From an uncultured Bacillota bacterium (GTDB taxonomy: Bacteria; Bacillota_I; Bacilli_A; RFN20; CAG-288): a stretch of DNA of 64,000 nt. Where the stretch lies: positions 50,781 through 114,780 of the forward strand of contig CASFYT010000002.1 in assembly GCA_949299015.1 (NCBI GenBank), read 5' to 3'. Made by a program: the position numbers and the translations under genes. The notes beneath the pieces are model-generated. The model worked only from the letters and a program-made list of their open reading frames with translations, was not told the origin of the DNA and ran no database searches. This document shows positions 37,913 through 48,248 of this stretch, in pieces; the stretch's first letter is position 1; each line of letters begins with the position of its first letter.

Positions 37913-39262
37913 ATGCTCGTTTTCGACACGATCTGCGCCCTGGCGACGCCTCCCTATCCCAGCGCCCTTGCCCTGGTTCGGCTTTCGGGACCCGAGGCCT
38001 TTGCCGTCTTTTCCCAGTTGACGCGAAGAAAGGATATGGAGCCGGGACGCGCCTATCTGACCAACCTCTACGAAGACAGGGAGAGGGACGAGACGTACAT
38101 CGACCAAGCCGTCGTCGTCCTCTCCAAGGGGCCGAGATCCTACACGGGGTTCGACTCGGTCGATTTCTCCATCCACGGCTCTCCTCTGGTGGCCGAACGG
38201 CTTCTGAAGGCCTTGGAAGGGAAAGGGGCCAGGAGGGCGGAGAGAGGAGAGTTCTCGGCGCAGGCCTACTACAACGGAAAGATGGACCTGCTCAAGGCCC
38301 AGGGAATCAACGACCTGATCCATGCGACCTCCCGACGGGCGATGGAGCTGGCCAACCGGACGCTCAGCGGGGACAACAGCCGCAGCGTCGAGGAACTGAA
38401 GAAGAAGGTCCTTGCCCTCATCGCCCAGCTGGAATACTACGTCGAGGACCAGTATTCCGACGAGAAGGACGACTACGACCAGGCGCTGGAGAAGGCGGCA
38501 AGGACGATCGAGCAGGAGATCCTTTGCTGGCAGAAGACGCTTTCGGGGACGAAGAGGAACAATCGCGCCTACCAGGGAATCCAGGTCGCAATCGTCGGCG
38601 AGCCCAACGTCGGCAAGTCGACCTTGCTCAACGCCCTCCTTGAGGAGGACAAGGCTATCGTCTCATCCCGTCCGGGAACGACGCGGGACGTCGTGGAAGG
38701 CACAAGGGAAATAAACGAAATTCAATTTGTATTCAAGGATACGGCTGGAATCCGAAAATCGGATGATGAAATTGAAAATATCGGGATTGCCAAATCATTT
38801 AAGACGATACAGGATGCTGATCTTGTCCTGCTCGCTTCCGACACTGGTTTTTCCTCCCTTTCCCAAGAAGAGGAGCTCTCGAAGGTCCTGGAGGGGAAGC
38901 GGGTCCTCAAGGTGGCGACCAAGAAGGATCTCGGCGTTCCGACGCAAGGAGCGGACGTCGTCCTCTCCTCCCTGGAAGGGGACCTCTCTTCTCTGATCGA
39001 GAAGATGTTCTCGTCTTTGGACTTGACGCAGAAGGAGGAATCCTCCTTCCTGGGAAAGCGTGAGGAACGCTATCTGGAGACGATCGTCTCCGAGCTTTCC
39101 GCAGCGAGGAAGGCCGTCGAGGAGACGAGGCAGATCGACATCGTCTCCGATACGCTCCGTCAGGTCGTCGCGACCATCAACGAGCTGCTCGGCGCCGACG
39201 AGGGAAAGACCATGGAAGACATCTATCAGACGCTCTTTTCGAGCTTCTGCCTTGGAAAGTGA
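37913..39262 (+). CDS. mnmE: tRNA modification GTPase MnmE (TrmE)
   Basis: 449 aa. N-terminal ICALATPP... THF-binding domain, G-domain GEPNVGKST, and the C-terminal C(L)GK motif. Confidence 0.93.
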   Translation: MLVFDTICALATPPYPSALALVRLSGPEAFAVFSQLTRRKDMEPGRAYLTNLYEDRERDETYIDQAVVVLSKGPRSYTGFDSVDFSIHGSPLVAERLLKALEGKGARRAERGEFSAQAYYNGKMDLLKAQGINDLIHATSRRAMELANRTLSGDNSRSVEELKKKVLALIAQLEYYVEDQYSDEKDDYDQALEKAARTIEQEILCWQKTLSGTKRNNRAYQGIQVAIVGEPNVGKSTLLNALLEEDKAIVSSRPGTTRDVVEGTREINEIQFVFKDTAGIRKSDDEIENIGIAKSFKTIQDADLVLLASDTGFSSLSQEEELSKVLEGKRVLKVATKKDLGVPTQGADVVLSSLEGDLSSLIEKMFSSLDLTQKEESSFLGKREERYLETIVSELSAARKAVEETRQIDIVSDTLRQVVATINELLGADEGKTMEDIYQTLFSSFCLGK

Positions 39263-39273
39263 AGGAAGGGAAC

Positions 39274-40059
39274 ATGCGGATCATCGATACCCACTGCCAT
39301 CTCTATGACGAAGCCTTTGCGGCCGACCTTCCGTCGGTCGTCGAGAAATGCCGCCTTGCGGGCGTCGTTTCGGCGGTCAACAACGCCGATTCCCTGGAGG
39401 CCTTCGGGAAGATCCTTTCCCTGCAGGAGCGTTTTCCCGACTTCTTCCTCTCCGCCCTCGGCATCCACCCGGAGTTTGCCACGAAGGAGGATGCCTATCT
39501 GGAAAGGGCCTACGAAGAGATCCGCCTCCATGCTTCGGACATCGTCGCCGTCGGGGAGATCGGCCTCGACTACCACTACGACCGAAGTCCGGAGACGAAG
39601 GCGAGGCAGAGGAAGGTCTTCCGCGACCAGATCCGCCTGGCGAAGGAACTCTCCCTGCCAATCGTCGTCCATAGCCGCGACGCCGACCAGGAGACCTTCG
39701 ACATCCTGAGGGAGGAGCTCCCTCCCCGGGTGGACCTCCACTGCTACTCGGGGTCCGTCGAGCTGCTTCGGGAGTATCTCCGTCTTCCCTTCCGCTTCTC
39801 GATCGGCATCGGAGGCGTCGTGACCTTCAAGAACGCCCGCGTCATCAAGGAGGTCGTGAAGGAAGTGCCCCTTTCCTCCATTCTGAGCGAGACGGACGCC
39901 CCCTATCTGACGCCGACGCCCTATCGCGGGCAAAGGAACGACCCGTCCTATCTCCCCCTTGTCCTCCAGGAGATCGCTTCGCTTCGCCAACGGGACGTGG
40001 AGGAGGTCGGCAAGGCGCTTCATCACAATGCGGAGGTATTCTATGGAAGAGAACGTTGA
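39274..40059 (+). CDS. tatD: TatD-family metal-dependent hydrolase/DNase (YabD-like)
   Basis: 261 aa with the IDTHCHL metal-binding N-terminus and other TatD His/Glu/Asp ligand positions. Confidence 0.9.
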   Translation: MRIIDTHCHLYDEAFAADLPSVVEKCRLAGVVSAVNNADSLEAFGKILSLQERFPDFFLSALGIHPEFATKEDAYLERAYEEIRLHASDIVAVGEIGLDYHYDRSPETKARQRKVFRDQIRLAKELSLPIVVHSRDADQETFDILREELPPRVDLHCYSGSVELLREYLRLPFRFSIGIGGVVTFKNARVIKEVVKEVPLSSILSETDAPYLTPTPYRGQRNDPSYLPLVLQEIASLRQRDVEEVGKALHHNAEVFYGRER

Positions 40060-40597
40060 ACGACATCCCGAACGCCGCTATCTCTATGTCTGCGAAGGCG
40101 TGACGGACGAGGACCGGCTCAAGAAGCTGGGGTGCCTCTTCGTCCTTCCGACGGGAGGGAAGTATATCCGAGGCGAGATCCTGGAGTTTCTGAAGCTGGC
40201 CCATGAAGTCCGGGACATCGTCCTCGTGCTCGATCCCGACGGCCCGGGGCGACAGATCCAAGCCCTTGTGGAGAAGCGCGTGGGAAAATGCCTCGTCGTC
40301 TCCGTGGAAAAGAAGAAGGCGATTCGCAAGGAGAAGGTCGGCATCGCCCAGATGGCGATGGAAGACCTGAAGGAGAAGCTCCGTCCCTTCGTCCTGCACG
40401 ACATCATGGTCGACGAGAACCTTTCCCTGGACGACGAAGACTTCTATCGGCTCGGTCTCGTCGGGGACGGATCCGCCGCCCGAAGGAAGAAGCTGATCGA
40501 ACGATACCACATCCCCTATTCGTCGGCGAAGAAGGTCGAGGACGGACTGCTGATCCTCTCCGTCCGTCGTCCGGATATCGAGGAGGTCCTCTCGTGA
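40043..40597 (+). CDS. rnmV: Ribonuclease M5 (RnmV), Toprim domain
   Basis: 184 aa with the Toprim acidic motifs (VCEGVTDE, LVLDPDGPG). RBS GGAGGT. It overlaps tatD by 17 nt. Confidence 0.85.
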   Translation: MEENVERHPERRYLYVCEGVTDEDRLKKLGCLFVLPTGGKYIRGEILEFLKLAHEVRDIVLVLDPDGPGRQIQALVEKRVGKCLVVSVEKKKAIRKEKVGIAQMAMEDLKEKLRPFVLHDIMVDENLSLDDEDFYRLGLVGDGSAARRKKLIERYHIPYSSAKKVEDGLLILSVRRPDIEEVLS

Positions 40598-41406
40598 CAG
40601 AAAGAGAACGAACGAAGAATCTGCTCAAGGAATACGGTTTCGTGGCCAAGAAGTCCTTCGGCCAGAACTTCCTTGTCGACGACGGCATCATCCGTCGCAT
40701 CCTCTCCCGTATGGATGTTTCCACCTTTGACCTCGTCATCGAAATCGGTCCTGGCCTCGGCGCCCTTTCCCTTCCGCTTTCCAAGGAGGCGAAAAAGCTC
40801 GTCCTCGTCGATGCCGATCGCGACATGGTCCGCGTCCTCCGAGACCTCTTTCAGGGGACGGAAGTGGAAATCGTCCAACAGGACTTCCTGCGCTTCGATC
40901 CTGACGAGTACGGAACGGCTGACAACCGCCTCTTTGTCGGAAACCTTCCCTACAACATCACGTCGAGCCTTCTGGAGTATTTCCTCCAAAAGGGATTCCG
41001 CACGGCCGGCTTCATGGTCCAGAAGGAAGTCTACGAAAAGCTCGACTACGTTCCGGGCCGGAAGGAGAACGCCCCCTTGGGAGCCTTCCTCAAGGCGTCG
41101 GGCGATCTTTCGCTGGTGACCTTGGTCGACCGCTCCGCCTTCGATCCCTCGCCGAAGGTCGACTCGGCCTTCCTCCGCTTCGACCGGACCCATCCTCAGC
41201 CCTTCGAGCTCTACCCGGTCTTCAAGGCGCTCTTCAAGGATCCCAACAAGACGATCGGCAACTGCCTGAGACAGTTCGACCTCTACCGGAAGGCCCTGGA
41301 AAGTCTCAAGGAGCGAGGGGACGAAAGGCTTTCCCGGAGGGCGAGGCAGATGACGCCGCAGGAATTGGCGGACCTTTCCAAGGAGGTCCTTTCTCTCTCG
41401 AAGTGA
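40594..41406 (+). CDS. rsmA: 16S rRNA (adenine1518/1519-N6)-dimethyltransferase RsmA/KsgA
   Basis: 270 aa with the FGQNFLVD SAM motif. The GTG start overlaps the rnmV stop (GTGA). The tatD-rnmV-ksgA order is as in Bacillus. Confidence 0.9.
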   Translation: MTERERTKNLLKEYGFVAKKSFGQNFLVDDGIIRRILSRMDVSTFDLVIEIGPGLGALSLPLSKEAKKLVLVDADRDMVRVLRDLFQGTEVEIVQQDFLRFDPDEYGTADNRLFVGNLPYNITSSLLEYFLQKGFRTAGFMVQKEVYEKLDYVPGRKENAPLGAFLKASGDLSLVTLVDRSAFDPSPKVDSAFLRFDRTHPQPFELYPVFKALFKDPNKTIGNCLRQFDLYRKALESLKERGDERLSRRARQMTPQELADLSKEVLSLSK

Positions 41407-41429
41407 GGGGCGAAGGCCCCTTTTTGTTT
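41407..41429 (+). terminator. Rho-independent terminator after rsmA (GGGGC-GAAG-GCCCC followed by T5)
   Basis: It immediately follows the TGA stop. Confidence 0.8.
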
Positions 41430-41665
41430 CTTCCTTCCTGGTGGTCTCTCCCGGATGGAAAGGGAAAGGAAACAAGGAGCCATTGAAAGCTCTATTATCT
41501 TAATTATATGCTTCCTTTGCGAAACAACCTGTCACCTGTTTTCAAATTGCCATTTTTTCCCATAAAACAGGGGACAATTTTCATCGGGGGGGGGTTGTTT
41601 TCGCGTCAAAATTTGCTTAAAACATATAGTTGACGTGAAATCGCTTTCAGTTAAAGGAGGACGAT

Positions 41666-44600
41666 ATGAGCGTAAAGCGTAAGTCATTATTTCTCCTTCC
41701 GGCCCTGATCACTGTCATGTCCATTTCCTTCGTGGGCAAGGACGGCATGCAGCAGATCGGGGTGGGACTGTCGAAGCTCGCCGACGACGGAGTCCCGGCC
41801 TATACCCCGGCCGACGACTTCACCGACATCGACTTCAACTTCGACTGGAAGTTCCAGCTCGGAGACTCGGGTGTTGCGGACGAAGCCCGCGAAAGCTACG
41901 ACGACAGCTCCTGGCGGGACATCTCCCTGCCACACGACTGGTCGATCGAGCAGGACTTCGATGCCAACATCCCGCCGGCCATGGGTATGCTCCCTGCGGG
42001 ACAGGGCTGGTATCGCAAGCAGTTCACCCTGGATGCCGATGCCCAGGGCAAGAAGGTCTTCATCAACTTCGACGGCGTCTACATGGATTCGGACGTCTAC
42101 GTCAACGGTGTCCACGTCGGAAACTATCCCTACGGATACATTCCTTTCTCGTACGACATCACGCCGTTCCTTCGCTATGACGATGTCAACACCATCGCCG
42201 TCCGCGTGAACTCCCCTCTGGGCAACGGACACAACTCCTCCCGTTGGTATGCGGGTGCCGGCATCAACCGCGACGTCACCCTCTCCTTCGAGAATCCGAC
42301 GCACCTGGAGAGAGGCGGCGTCTATTTCACCAACGAGCTGGAAGGATCGATCGACGGCGCCGGCGCCAACAGCCCGATTCAGAAGGGCGAGAACGCCCTG
42401 GAGATCGCCACGGCCGCTCCGAAGACGGAGAACGTGACGACCAGCGCCCACATCGAGGCACGCAACACCTCCAGCGCTCCGATCACGGTCATGGCGCGCG
42501 TCTCGGTCTACGACTATGACACGGGCGCCCCGATCGAAGGAGCGACCAACTTCGAGTCCGAGCCGGTCACGCTGCAGGCGGGCGACTATCAGACGATCAA
42601 GTTCGACTACGTGATGCCGACCATCCATCTCTGGGACATCAACGATCCCTACCTCTACAACATCAAGACGGAACTGGTCAATACGGAGACGGGTGAGGTC
42701 ATCGACTCGACCGTCACGCGTTATGGATACAAGAAGTCCGTCTTTACCTTCAACGACGGCTACTATCTCAACGGACGCTACGTCAAGCTCTATGGAGCCT
42801 GCATGCATCCGGACCAGGGAGCCCTGGGCAACGTCGCCGACTACGAGGCGGTCAACCGTCAGATGCGCATCATGCACGAGATGGGCGTCAACTCCATCCG
42901 TACGGCGCACTGCCCGTTCTCCGAGACCTTCATGAGGGCCTGCGACGAAAACGGCATCCTCGTCATGGAGGAGTGGTACGACATGTGGACGGGCGCCAAG
43001 AACAGCGACGATTACCACAACTGGTTCAACGTCGAAGTTCCGACGGACGAGAACCATCCCCTTGTCGAGGAGGGCGACCGCTGGTATGAATACGACCTCC
43101 GCATGACCCTTCGCCGCGACCGCAACTGCCCTTCGGTCATCATGTATTCCCTCGGAAACGAAATCTCGGGCTACGACGGCAACTACGAAGGCTACGCCAA
43201 GAACATGAAGGCGGAAGTCCGCAGGAACGACGACAACACGCCGGTCACGATGGGCTTCCCGATGTGGGGCTGGGACGGACAGGCGACGCGCTACGATAAT
43301 ACGGAACAGTGGAGAGTTGCCAACACGCTCGACATCGTCGGCTTCAACTATCCTTCCCTCGGAAGCGAGGACTACGACGATAGCCACAACAACTACAACT
43401 GGATCGTCTTCAACTCGGAGAGCTCCTCGGCCTGGAAGTCGAGAGGCTATTTCCGCAACGACTGGGGAAGCATCGAGGGCGTCAAGAACCAGAAGTCTTC
43501 CCTCGACTACGACAACCACTTCCACACGATGAGGGACGAGTGGGTCGCCGACCGCGACCGGCAGCACGTCCTTGGCGAGTACATCTGGACGGGCTTCGAC
43601 TACATCGGCGAGCCGCAACCCTTCGACGGCGGTTCGGATCCTTCGAAGTCTTCCTACTATGGTTCGGTCGATACGGCCGGCTTCGAGAAGGCTGAGTTCT
43701 ACATGCTGAAGTCCCAGTGGGTCACGATGGAGCAGGAGCCCTTCGTCAAGGTCGTCAACCACGTCAACCTCGAGGACGACAACCTCCGCCGTCAGATCAC
43801 GACGAACATGGACGGTGAGACGGTCGAGCTCTGGGTTTCCTCCAACGCCTCCTCCGTTCGCCTGACCTACGTCGATGACGAAGGCGTCGAGCAGGAAATC
43901 GGCTTCAAGGATTGGGACCAGAGCCAGAGCCCGAACCCGATGATCCGTCTCCAGGAGCCTCTGGGCAATCCGGAGCAGTATTCGGACAAGCTCTATCAGA
44001 TCTTCCAGATCGACTGGTCGGTTCTGCAGGGACACGACGTCCGCGCCTACGCCTATGACAAGCCCAGCAACGAAGTCGTGCTGGAAGGCGAGGGAGCGAC
44101 CGTCCCGATCGCGACCGACGTCGTCTATCACTCCAACGGTTCGGAAGCCATCAAGCTGACGCCCGAGAAGCGCGCCATCCGCGCGGACGGACATGACCTC
44201 TCCTACATCGAGGTCGACGTCACCGACGAGGAAGGACACATCAACCCCAACGCCATGGACACCATGACCTTCTCCATCAAGGGCGACGGCGAGATCGTCG
44301 GCGTCGACAACGGCGATGCCTACGGCAAGGAAAGATACAAGTACTTCGAAGGGGATACCTGGACGAGAAGCGCCTTCAACGGAAAGGCCCTTGTCATCGT
44401 CAAGTCGACCCAGGAAGAAGGAAGCTTTACCCTGACGGCCCAGGGTGCGGGCCTGACGCCGGCGGAGACCACGGTCTTCACCACGGCCGAAGGCAGCGAG
44501 GTCGTCAACTATGCGGCCGAGACCATCTCCCTGACCATCCAGAGCGGCTCGACGATCGACGAGCTGCGCGAGACGCTCCCGGCGAAGGTCAGCATCTACT

Positions 44601-45805
44601 CCAGCGATGGACAGACGGGGCTTTCGGGCGATGTCACCTGGGATACGGAAGCCCTGAGGGATTCCGCCCTCATCAAGAACAACACCTTCTTCCTCTTCGG
44701 AACGGTCGCGGGCGAGGAGTACCAGAACGTTCAGGCCAAGTGCATGGTCACCATCACCGACAACGTCGAGTACAACGTCGAGTCCTTCAACCTCATCACG
44801 ACTCCGGGCGTCACTCCGGAATTCCCGGCGACGGCGATGGTCACCGCGAGCACGGGCGACGTCACGGAAGCCGAGATCACGTGGGTCGGCGACTACAACA
44901 TGCCTTCGAAGTATGCCAATCCTTACACCTACTACACGGCGCAGGGCTACGTCGAAGTCAACGGAAAGCGCCTTGACGTCTTTGCGACGGTCAACATCAT
45001 TCCGGAAGATTCGGTCAGCGAAGGCCAGATTCAGGCCACCTCGACCGAGTGCTCCTATCAGGAAGGCGTTCATGCGGTCACGCAGCTGACGGACAACGTC
45101 ATCGGCGGAACCAACGGCTGGGGAAACTGGGAGGCGCACGGATATGTCCGTACGGGCGACTGGGTCCAGCTCGACTTCGGCGAGACGACGATCCGTTCGC
45201 TCAACCTCTTCTTCCTGACGCAGCCCGACGACCAGTGGGCCTACACCCTGCCGGAGAGCATCGAGGTCAGCTACCTCCGTGCCGGCCAGTACGTCCCTGT
45301 CGAGAACCTCCAGGGACCGGAGACCTTCAAGTCCATCGATGAGGAGACGACTCCCGACAATCCGGCGGATTATGCCAACCAGGTCACCTTCGATGCGGTG
45401 AAGACCTCCTCGATCCGCGTCACCTTCAACGTCGATCAGGACGTCAACCACAACGCGGCCCACGAAGATCACGGAGCCCAGTCCGGCACGTCCTACACCA
45501 TGCTCAAGGTCTCCGAGATCCAGGTCTTCGGCGACGTCATCGACAATCTCTCGCCGGAAGCGATGATCGGCGACGTCTGGATGAACGGCGTCCTCTTCGA
45601 GGACTTCGACTACAACACCTTCAACTATCGCATCGGCGTCCCGAACATGGAATCCGCCCCTGTCATCCAGGCCAACGGCATCTTCGGCTCCTCGGTCGTC
45701 GTCGAACAGGTCGAGTCGGCCCTGGGCCAGGCCCGCATCATCGTCACTTCGGCCGATGGACTTCACAGCCTCGTCTACACCTTCAGCTTCTACATCATCG
45801 ACTAA
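41666..45805 (+). CDS. Secreted glycoside hydrolase family 2 enzyme (beta-galactosidase/beta-glucuronidase/mannosidase superfamily), 1379 aa, with C-terminal Ig-like and discoidin/CBM-like domains
   Basis: N-terminal signal peptide. GH2 sugar-binding and TIM-barrel motifs are present (VYVNGVHVGNYPYGYIPFSYDIT; NSIRTAHCP; the catalytic acid/base in SLGNE). A long C-terminal region beyond the catalytic core follows. RBS AAAGGAGG. Confidence 0.85.
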   Translation: MSVKRKSLFLLPALITVMSISFVGKDGMQQIGVGLSKLADDGVPAYTPADDFTDIDFNFDWKFQLGDSGVADEARESYDDSSWRDISLPHDWSIEQDFDANIPPAMGMLPAGQGWYRKQFTLDADAQGKKVFINFDGVYMDSDVYVNGVHVGNYPYGYIPFSYDITPFLRYDDVNTIAVRVNSPLGNGHNSSRWYAGAGINRDVTLSFENPTHLERGGVYFTNELEGSIDGAGANSPIQKGENALEIATAAPKTENVTTSAHIEARNTSSAPITVMARVSVYDYDTGAPIEGATNFESEPVTLQAGDYQTIKFDYVMPTIHLWDINDPYLYNIKTELVNTETGEVIDSTVTRYGYKKSVFTFNDGYYLNGRYVKLYGACMHPDQGALGNVADYEAVNRQMRIMHEMGVNSIRTAHCPFSETFMRACDENGILVMEEWYDMWTGAKNSDDYHNWFNVEVPTDENHPLVEEGDRWYEYDLRMTLRRDRNCPSVIMYSLGNEISGYDGNYEGYAKNMKAEVRRNDDNTPVTMGFPMWGWDGQATRYDNTEQWRVANTLDIVGFNYPSLGSEDYDDSHNNYNWIVFNSESSSAWKSRGYFRNDWGSIEGVKNQKSSLDYDNHFHTMRDEWVADRDRQHVLGEYIWTGFDYIGEPQPFDGGSDPSKSSYYGSVDTAGFEKAEFYMLKSQWVTMEQEPFVKVVNHVNLEDDNLRRQITTNMDGETVELWVSSNASSVRLTYVDDEGVEQEIGFKDWDQSQSPNPMIRLQEPLGNPEQYSDKLYQIFQIDWSVLQGHDVRAYAYDKPSNEVVLEGEGATVPIATDVVYHSNGSEAIKLTPEKRAIRADGHDLSYIEVDVTDEEGHINPNAMDTMTFSIKGDGEIVGVDNGDAYGKERYKYFEGDTWTRSAFNGKALVIVKSTQEEGSFTLTAQGAGLTPAETTVFTTAEGSEVVNYAAETISLTIQSGSTIDELRETLPAKVSIYSSDGQTGLSGDVTWDTEALRDSALIKNNTFFLFGTVAGEEYQNVQAKCMVTITDNVEYNVESFNLITTPGVTPEFPATAMVTASTGDVTEAEITWVGDYNMPSKYANPYTYYTAQGYVEVNGKRLDVFATVNIIPEDSVSEGQIQATSTECSYQEGVHAVTQLTDNVIGGTNGWGNWEAHGYVRTGDWVQLDFGETTIRSLNLFFLTQPDDQWAYTLPESIEVSYLRAGQYVPVENLQGPETFKSIDEETTPDNPADYANQVTFDAVKTSSIRVTFNVDQDVNHNAAHEDHGAQSGTSYTMLKVSEIQVFGDVIDNLSPEAMIGDVWMNGVLFEDFDYNTFNYRIGVPNMESAPVIQANGIFGSSVVVEQVESALGQARIIVTSADGLHSLVYTFSFYIID

Positions 45806-45817
45806 GGGAGAAACCAA

Positions 45818-48037
45818 ATGAAAGGCACGAAAATCAAGCTTCTGACCCTCTCGCTCCTCTCTCTTTCCCTGGGTCTTGTCGCCTGCAACGAGACGTCTTC
45901 GACGACTTCCTCCTCCCTTCCCTCCTCGACGACCTCCAGCAGCTCCTCTTCGAGCAGTTCTTCTTCTTCGACTCCGACGGTCGTCGAAGTCGAGTCTGTC
46001 TCCCTGGACAAGACTTCCCTGGACCTGAAAGTCGGGGAATCGGAATCCCTCGTGGCGACCGTCCTTCCGGAAGAGGCAACGGATAAGACTCTGACATGGA
46101 CGAGCGACGACGAGACGGTCGCGACCGTCGATAACGGCGTCGTCACTGCTGTGGCGAACGGAGAGGCGGTCATCACCGTCTCCTCCGCCAACGGCAAGAC
46201 GGCCACCTGCGCGGTGACGGTCACCACGGCTTTGGAAGACTTCACCCTCAACGCGACGTCCCTCGAGATGATCAAGGGCGACACGTTCCAGATCGAAGCC
46301 GAATTCGATCCGGCGACCGCCTCGGACAAGACGCTCCGCTATGAGACGGGCAACGACGCGGTCGCCACGGTCTCGGCGACGGGCCTTGTCACGGCCATGG
46401 CGCGCGGAACGACCACCATCACCGTGACCTCCGTCGCCAACCCCAGCATCAGCAAGACCATCGACGTCTCGATCCGCAACACCGAGACGGAGATGAAGGA
46501 GCTGACGGTGGACGTCACCTTGGACCGCTACCTCTCCATCAACGCCGACCTGCTTCTCCTGACGGAACAGTCGGGCTATGCGATCGAAGACGGCATCGTC
46601 ATGTCCGATAGCGAAGGAAGGACGCACTTCACGACGACGCTGACGAACGTCGAAGTCGCGGGCGGAGAAAACGCCGCGGCCTTCGAATACAAGATCCTTG
46701 TCGTCCCGCATCTCGATGCGGACGGATACGGCTATGCCTACTCCTATCCGGCGGACGGAACGGCGGAGGCCATCGGAACCCTCGCCCTTTCGGAGCTGAC
46801 CGCGGCGGAGAAGGAAAGCGGCACGAAGACGGTCACCCTGGAGAACCTGGAAATCGATCGTCCTCCGTTCGTCGATGACGACAACCGCTCCTACTTCATC
46901 ACCCGCTTCTACTCGGTCGACGACAACAACGCCAACATCACCGACCGCTACATCGGCGGCCTCGAGATCATGGACGAGGAAGGAAACCTTCTCGACAGTT
47001 CGGAGGATTACGCTACGGTCGCTGTCGGCGAGAACTACAAGGTCCGCGTCACCTTCCAGCAGCAGGCGGAAGGCATCCTTCTGATTCCGGAGGCGACGGA
47101 AGGTCTCTTCAACGAGAACGAAGTCGTCTTCGAGCAGACGGACGAGGATGGTTACGTCTTCGAAGCGACGGTCCTGAAGTCCAGCAAGGACACCAACCTC
47201 AAGATCTACGTCGAGCAGCAGTACGGAATGAAGATCGATGAAGCCTTCCTTCCGCTCGTGACCCGCGTCACGGTCGGCGAGGACGAGATTCCTCAGGAGC
47301 AGTGGGGTGAGCTCCATTACTATCCGGCGCTCTCGGAGATGCAGATTCAGTTCTCCTCCGAGGCGGCGGAGTATACGACCGACTACCAGATCGTCGGCCA
47401 GAAGATCAACGCTCCGGATTCCTACGCCTTCGAGTCGACGGCCATTCTGGGCTTTGCGAGCGTCCTCTCCTATCACACCACGTTGACCAGAAACGACGTC
47501 AACGTCCTGCTTCTGGAGCAGCCCAAGGCGCTGGAAGGAACGCGGTTCAACCTCCTCGATCCGGACTTCCCCGATCCGGTAGACGCCTATTCGGACGGCA
47601 AGTCCTATAACGACGGTGGCGCGTTCAACGATATGTTCGACGGCGACTACACGGCCAAGACGTGGTCGACGTGGCGTCAGCCCGGAGCCGGCGGTCAGGA
47701 CGGTGCCGACTGCTGGATCGAGTTCCGTTGGAACTGCTACTACACCATCAGCGAGCTCCACGTCTGGTATTTCGGAGATGAGGGTATGATTCCGGTCGAC
47801 TTCCGCGTCGAGTACGAATCTCCGGACGGCAAGTTCGGCGAAGAGGATGGCAACATCCTCCGCAAGGATGCCGGCATCACGATTGCGGACGAACAGAACG
47901 TCAACGGGCACGACAACAACTACGTCTTCAACGATGGAGAAGGAATCGTCACCAATCGTCTCCGCTTCCACGTCCAGGCCGACGTCGGCAGCTGGGTCTC
48001 CATCTCCGAAATCGAAATCTACACCGACCTCGCCTAA
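45818..48037 (+). CDS. Surface lipoprotein (739 aa) with a Ser-rich linker, Big_2 repeats and a C-terminal F5/8-type-C/CBM32-like domain
   Basis: Lipobox LVAC followed by an S/T tract. Big_2-like repeats (LTWTSDDETVATVDNGVVTAVANGEAVITV) are present, and the C-terminal ~150 aa form a jelly-roll-like domain. It lies 12 bp after the GH2 stop. Confidence 0.8.
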   Translation: MKGTKIKLLTLSLLSLSLGLVACNETSSTTSSSLPSSTTSSSSSSSSSSSSTPTVVEVESVSLDKTSLDLKVGESESLVATVLPEEATDKTLTWTSDDETVATVDNGVVTAVANGEAVITVSSANGKTATCAVTVTTALEDFTLNATSLEMIKGDTFQIEAEFDPATASDKTLRYETGNDAVATVSATGLVTAMARGTTTITVTSVANPSISKTIDVSIRNTETEMKELTVDVTLDRYLSINADLLLLTEQSGYAIEDGIVMSDSEGRTHFTTTLTNVEVAGGENAAAFEYKILVVPHLDADGYGYAYSYPADGTAEAIGTLALSELTAAEKESGTKTVTLENLEIDRPPFVDDDNRSYFITRFYSVDDNNANITDRYIGGLEIMDEEGNLLDSSEDYATVAVGENYKVRVTFQQQAEGILLIPEATEGLFNENEVVFEQTDEDGYVFEATVLKSSKDTNLKIYVEQQYGMKIDEAFLPLVTRVTVGEDEIPQEQWGELHYYPALSEMQIQFSSEAAEYTTDYQIVGQKINAPDSYAFESTAILGFASVLSYHTTLTRNDVNVLLLEQPKALEGTRFNLLDPDFPDPVDAYSDGKSYNDGGAFNDMFDGDYTAKTWSTWRQPGAGGQDGADCWIEFRWNCYYTISELHVWYFGDEGMIPVDFRVEYESPDGKFGEEDGNILRKDAGITIADEQNVNGHDNNYVFNDGEGIVTNRLRFHVQADVGSWVSISEIEIYTDLA

Positions 48038-48048
48038 GTCTTATACGA

Positions 48049-48084
48049 AACGCCCTTCCGCGGAAGCGGAGGGGCGTTTTTTCT
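48049..48084 (+). terminator. Rho-independent terminator after the lipoprotein gene
   Basis: AACGCCCTTCCGC-GGAA-GCGGAGGGGCGTT followed by T6. Confidence 0.8.
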
Positions 48085-48248
48085 ATCTTGGGCAACGTCT
48101 TTTGAGGGCAACGGCTATTTCGAAGGCGTGGAGAAGTCCTTCCTCTCTTCAACGTTTTTTGAACCGTCGAAAGTCCGAGGAAGGAAAACGGACAAATATC
48201 GATTTGAATACGGCTTTGCTTTCCACATGAGCCGTCCATCATTCTCTA

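Noticed and set aside
41687-47971. 2094-aa ORF antisense to the GH2 and lipoprotein genes
   Set aside because: Same GC artefact. The opposite-strand products have clear signal peptides and GH2/Big_2 motifs with RBSs.
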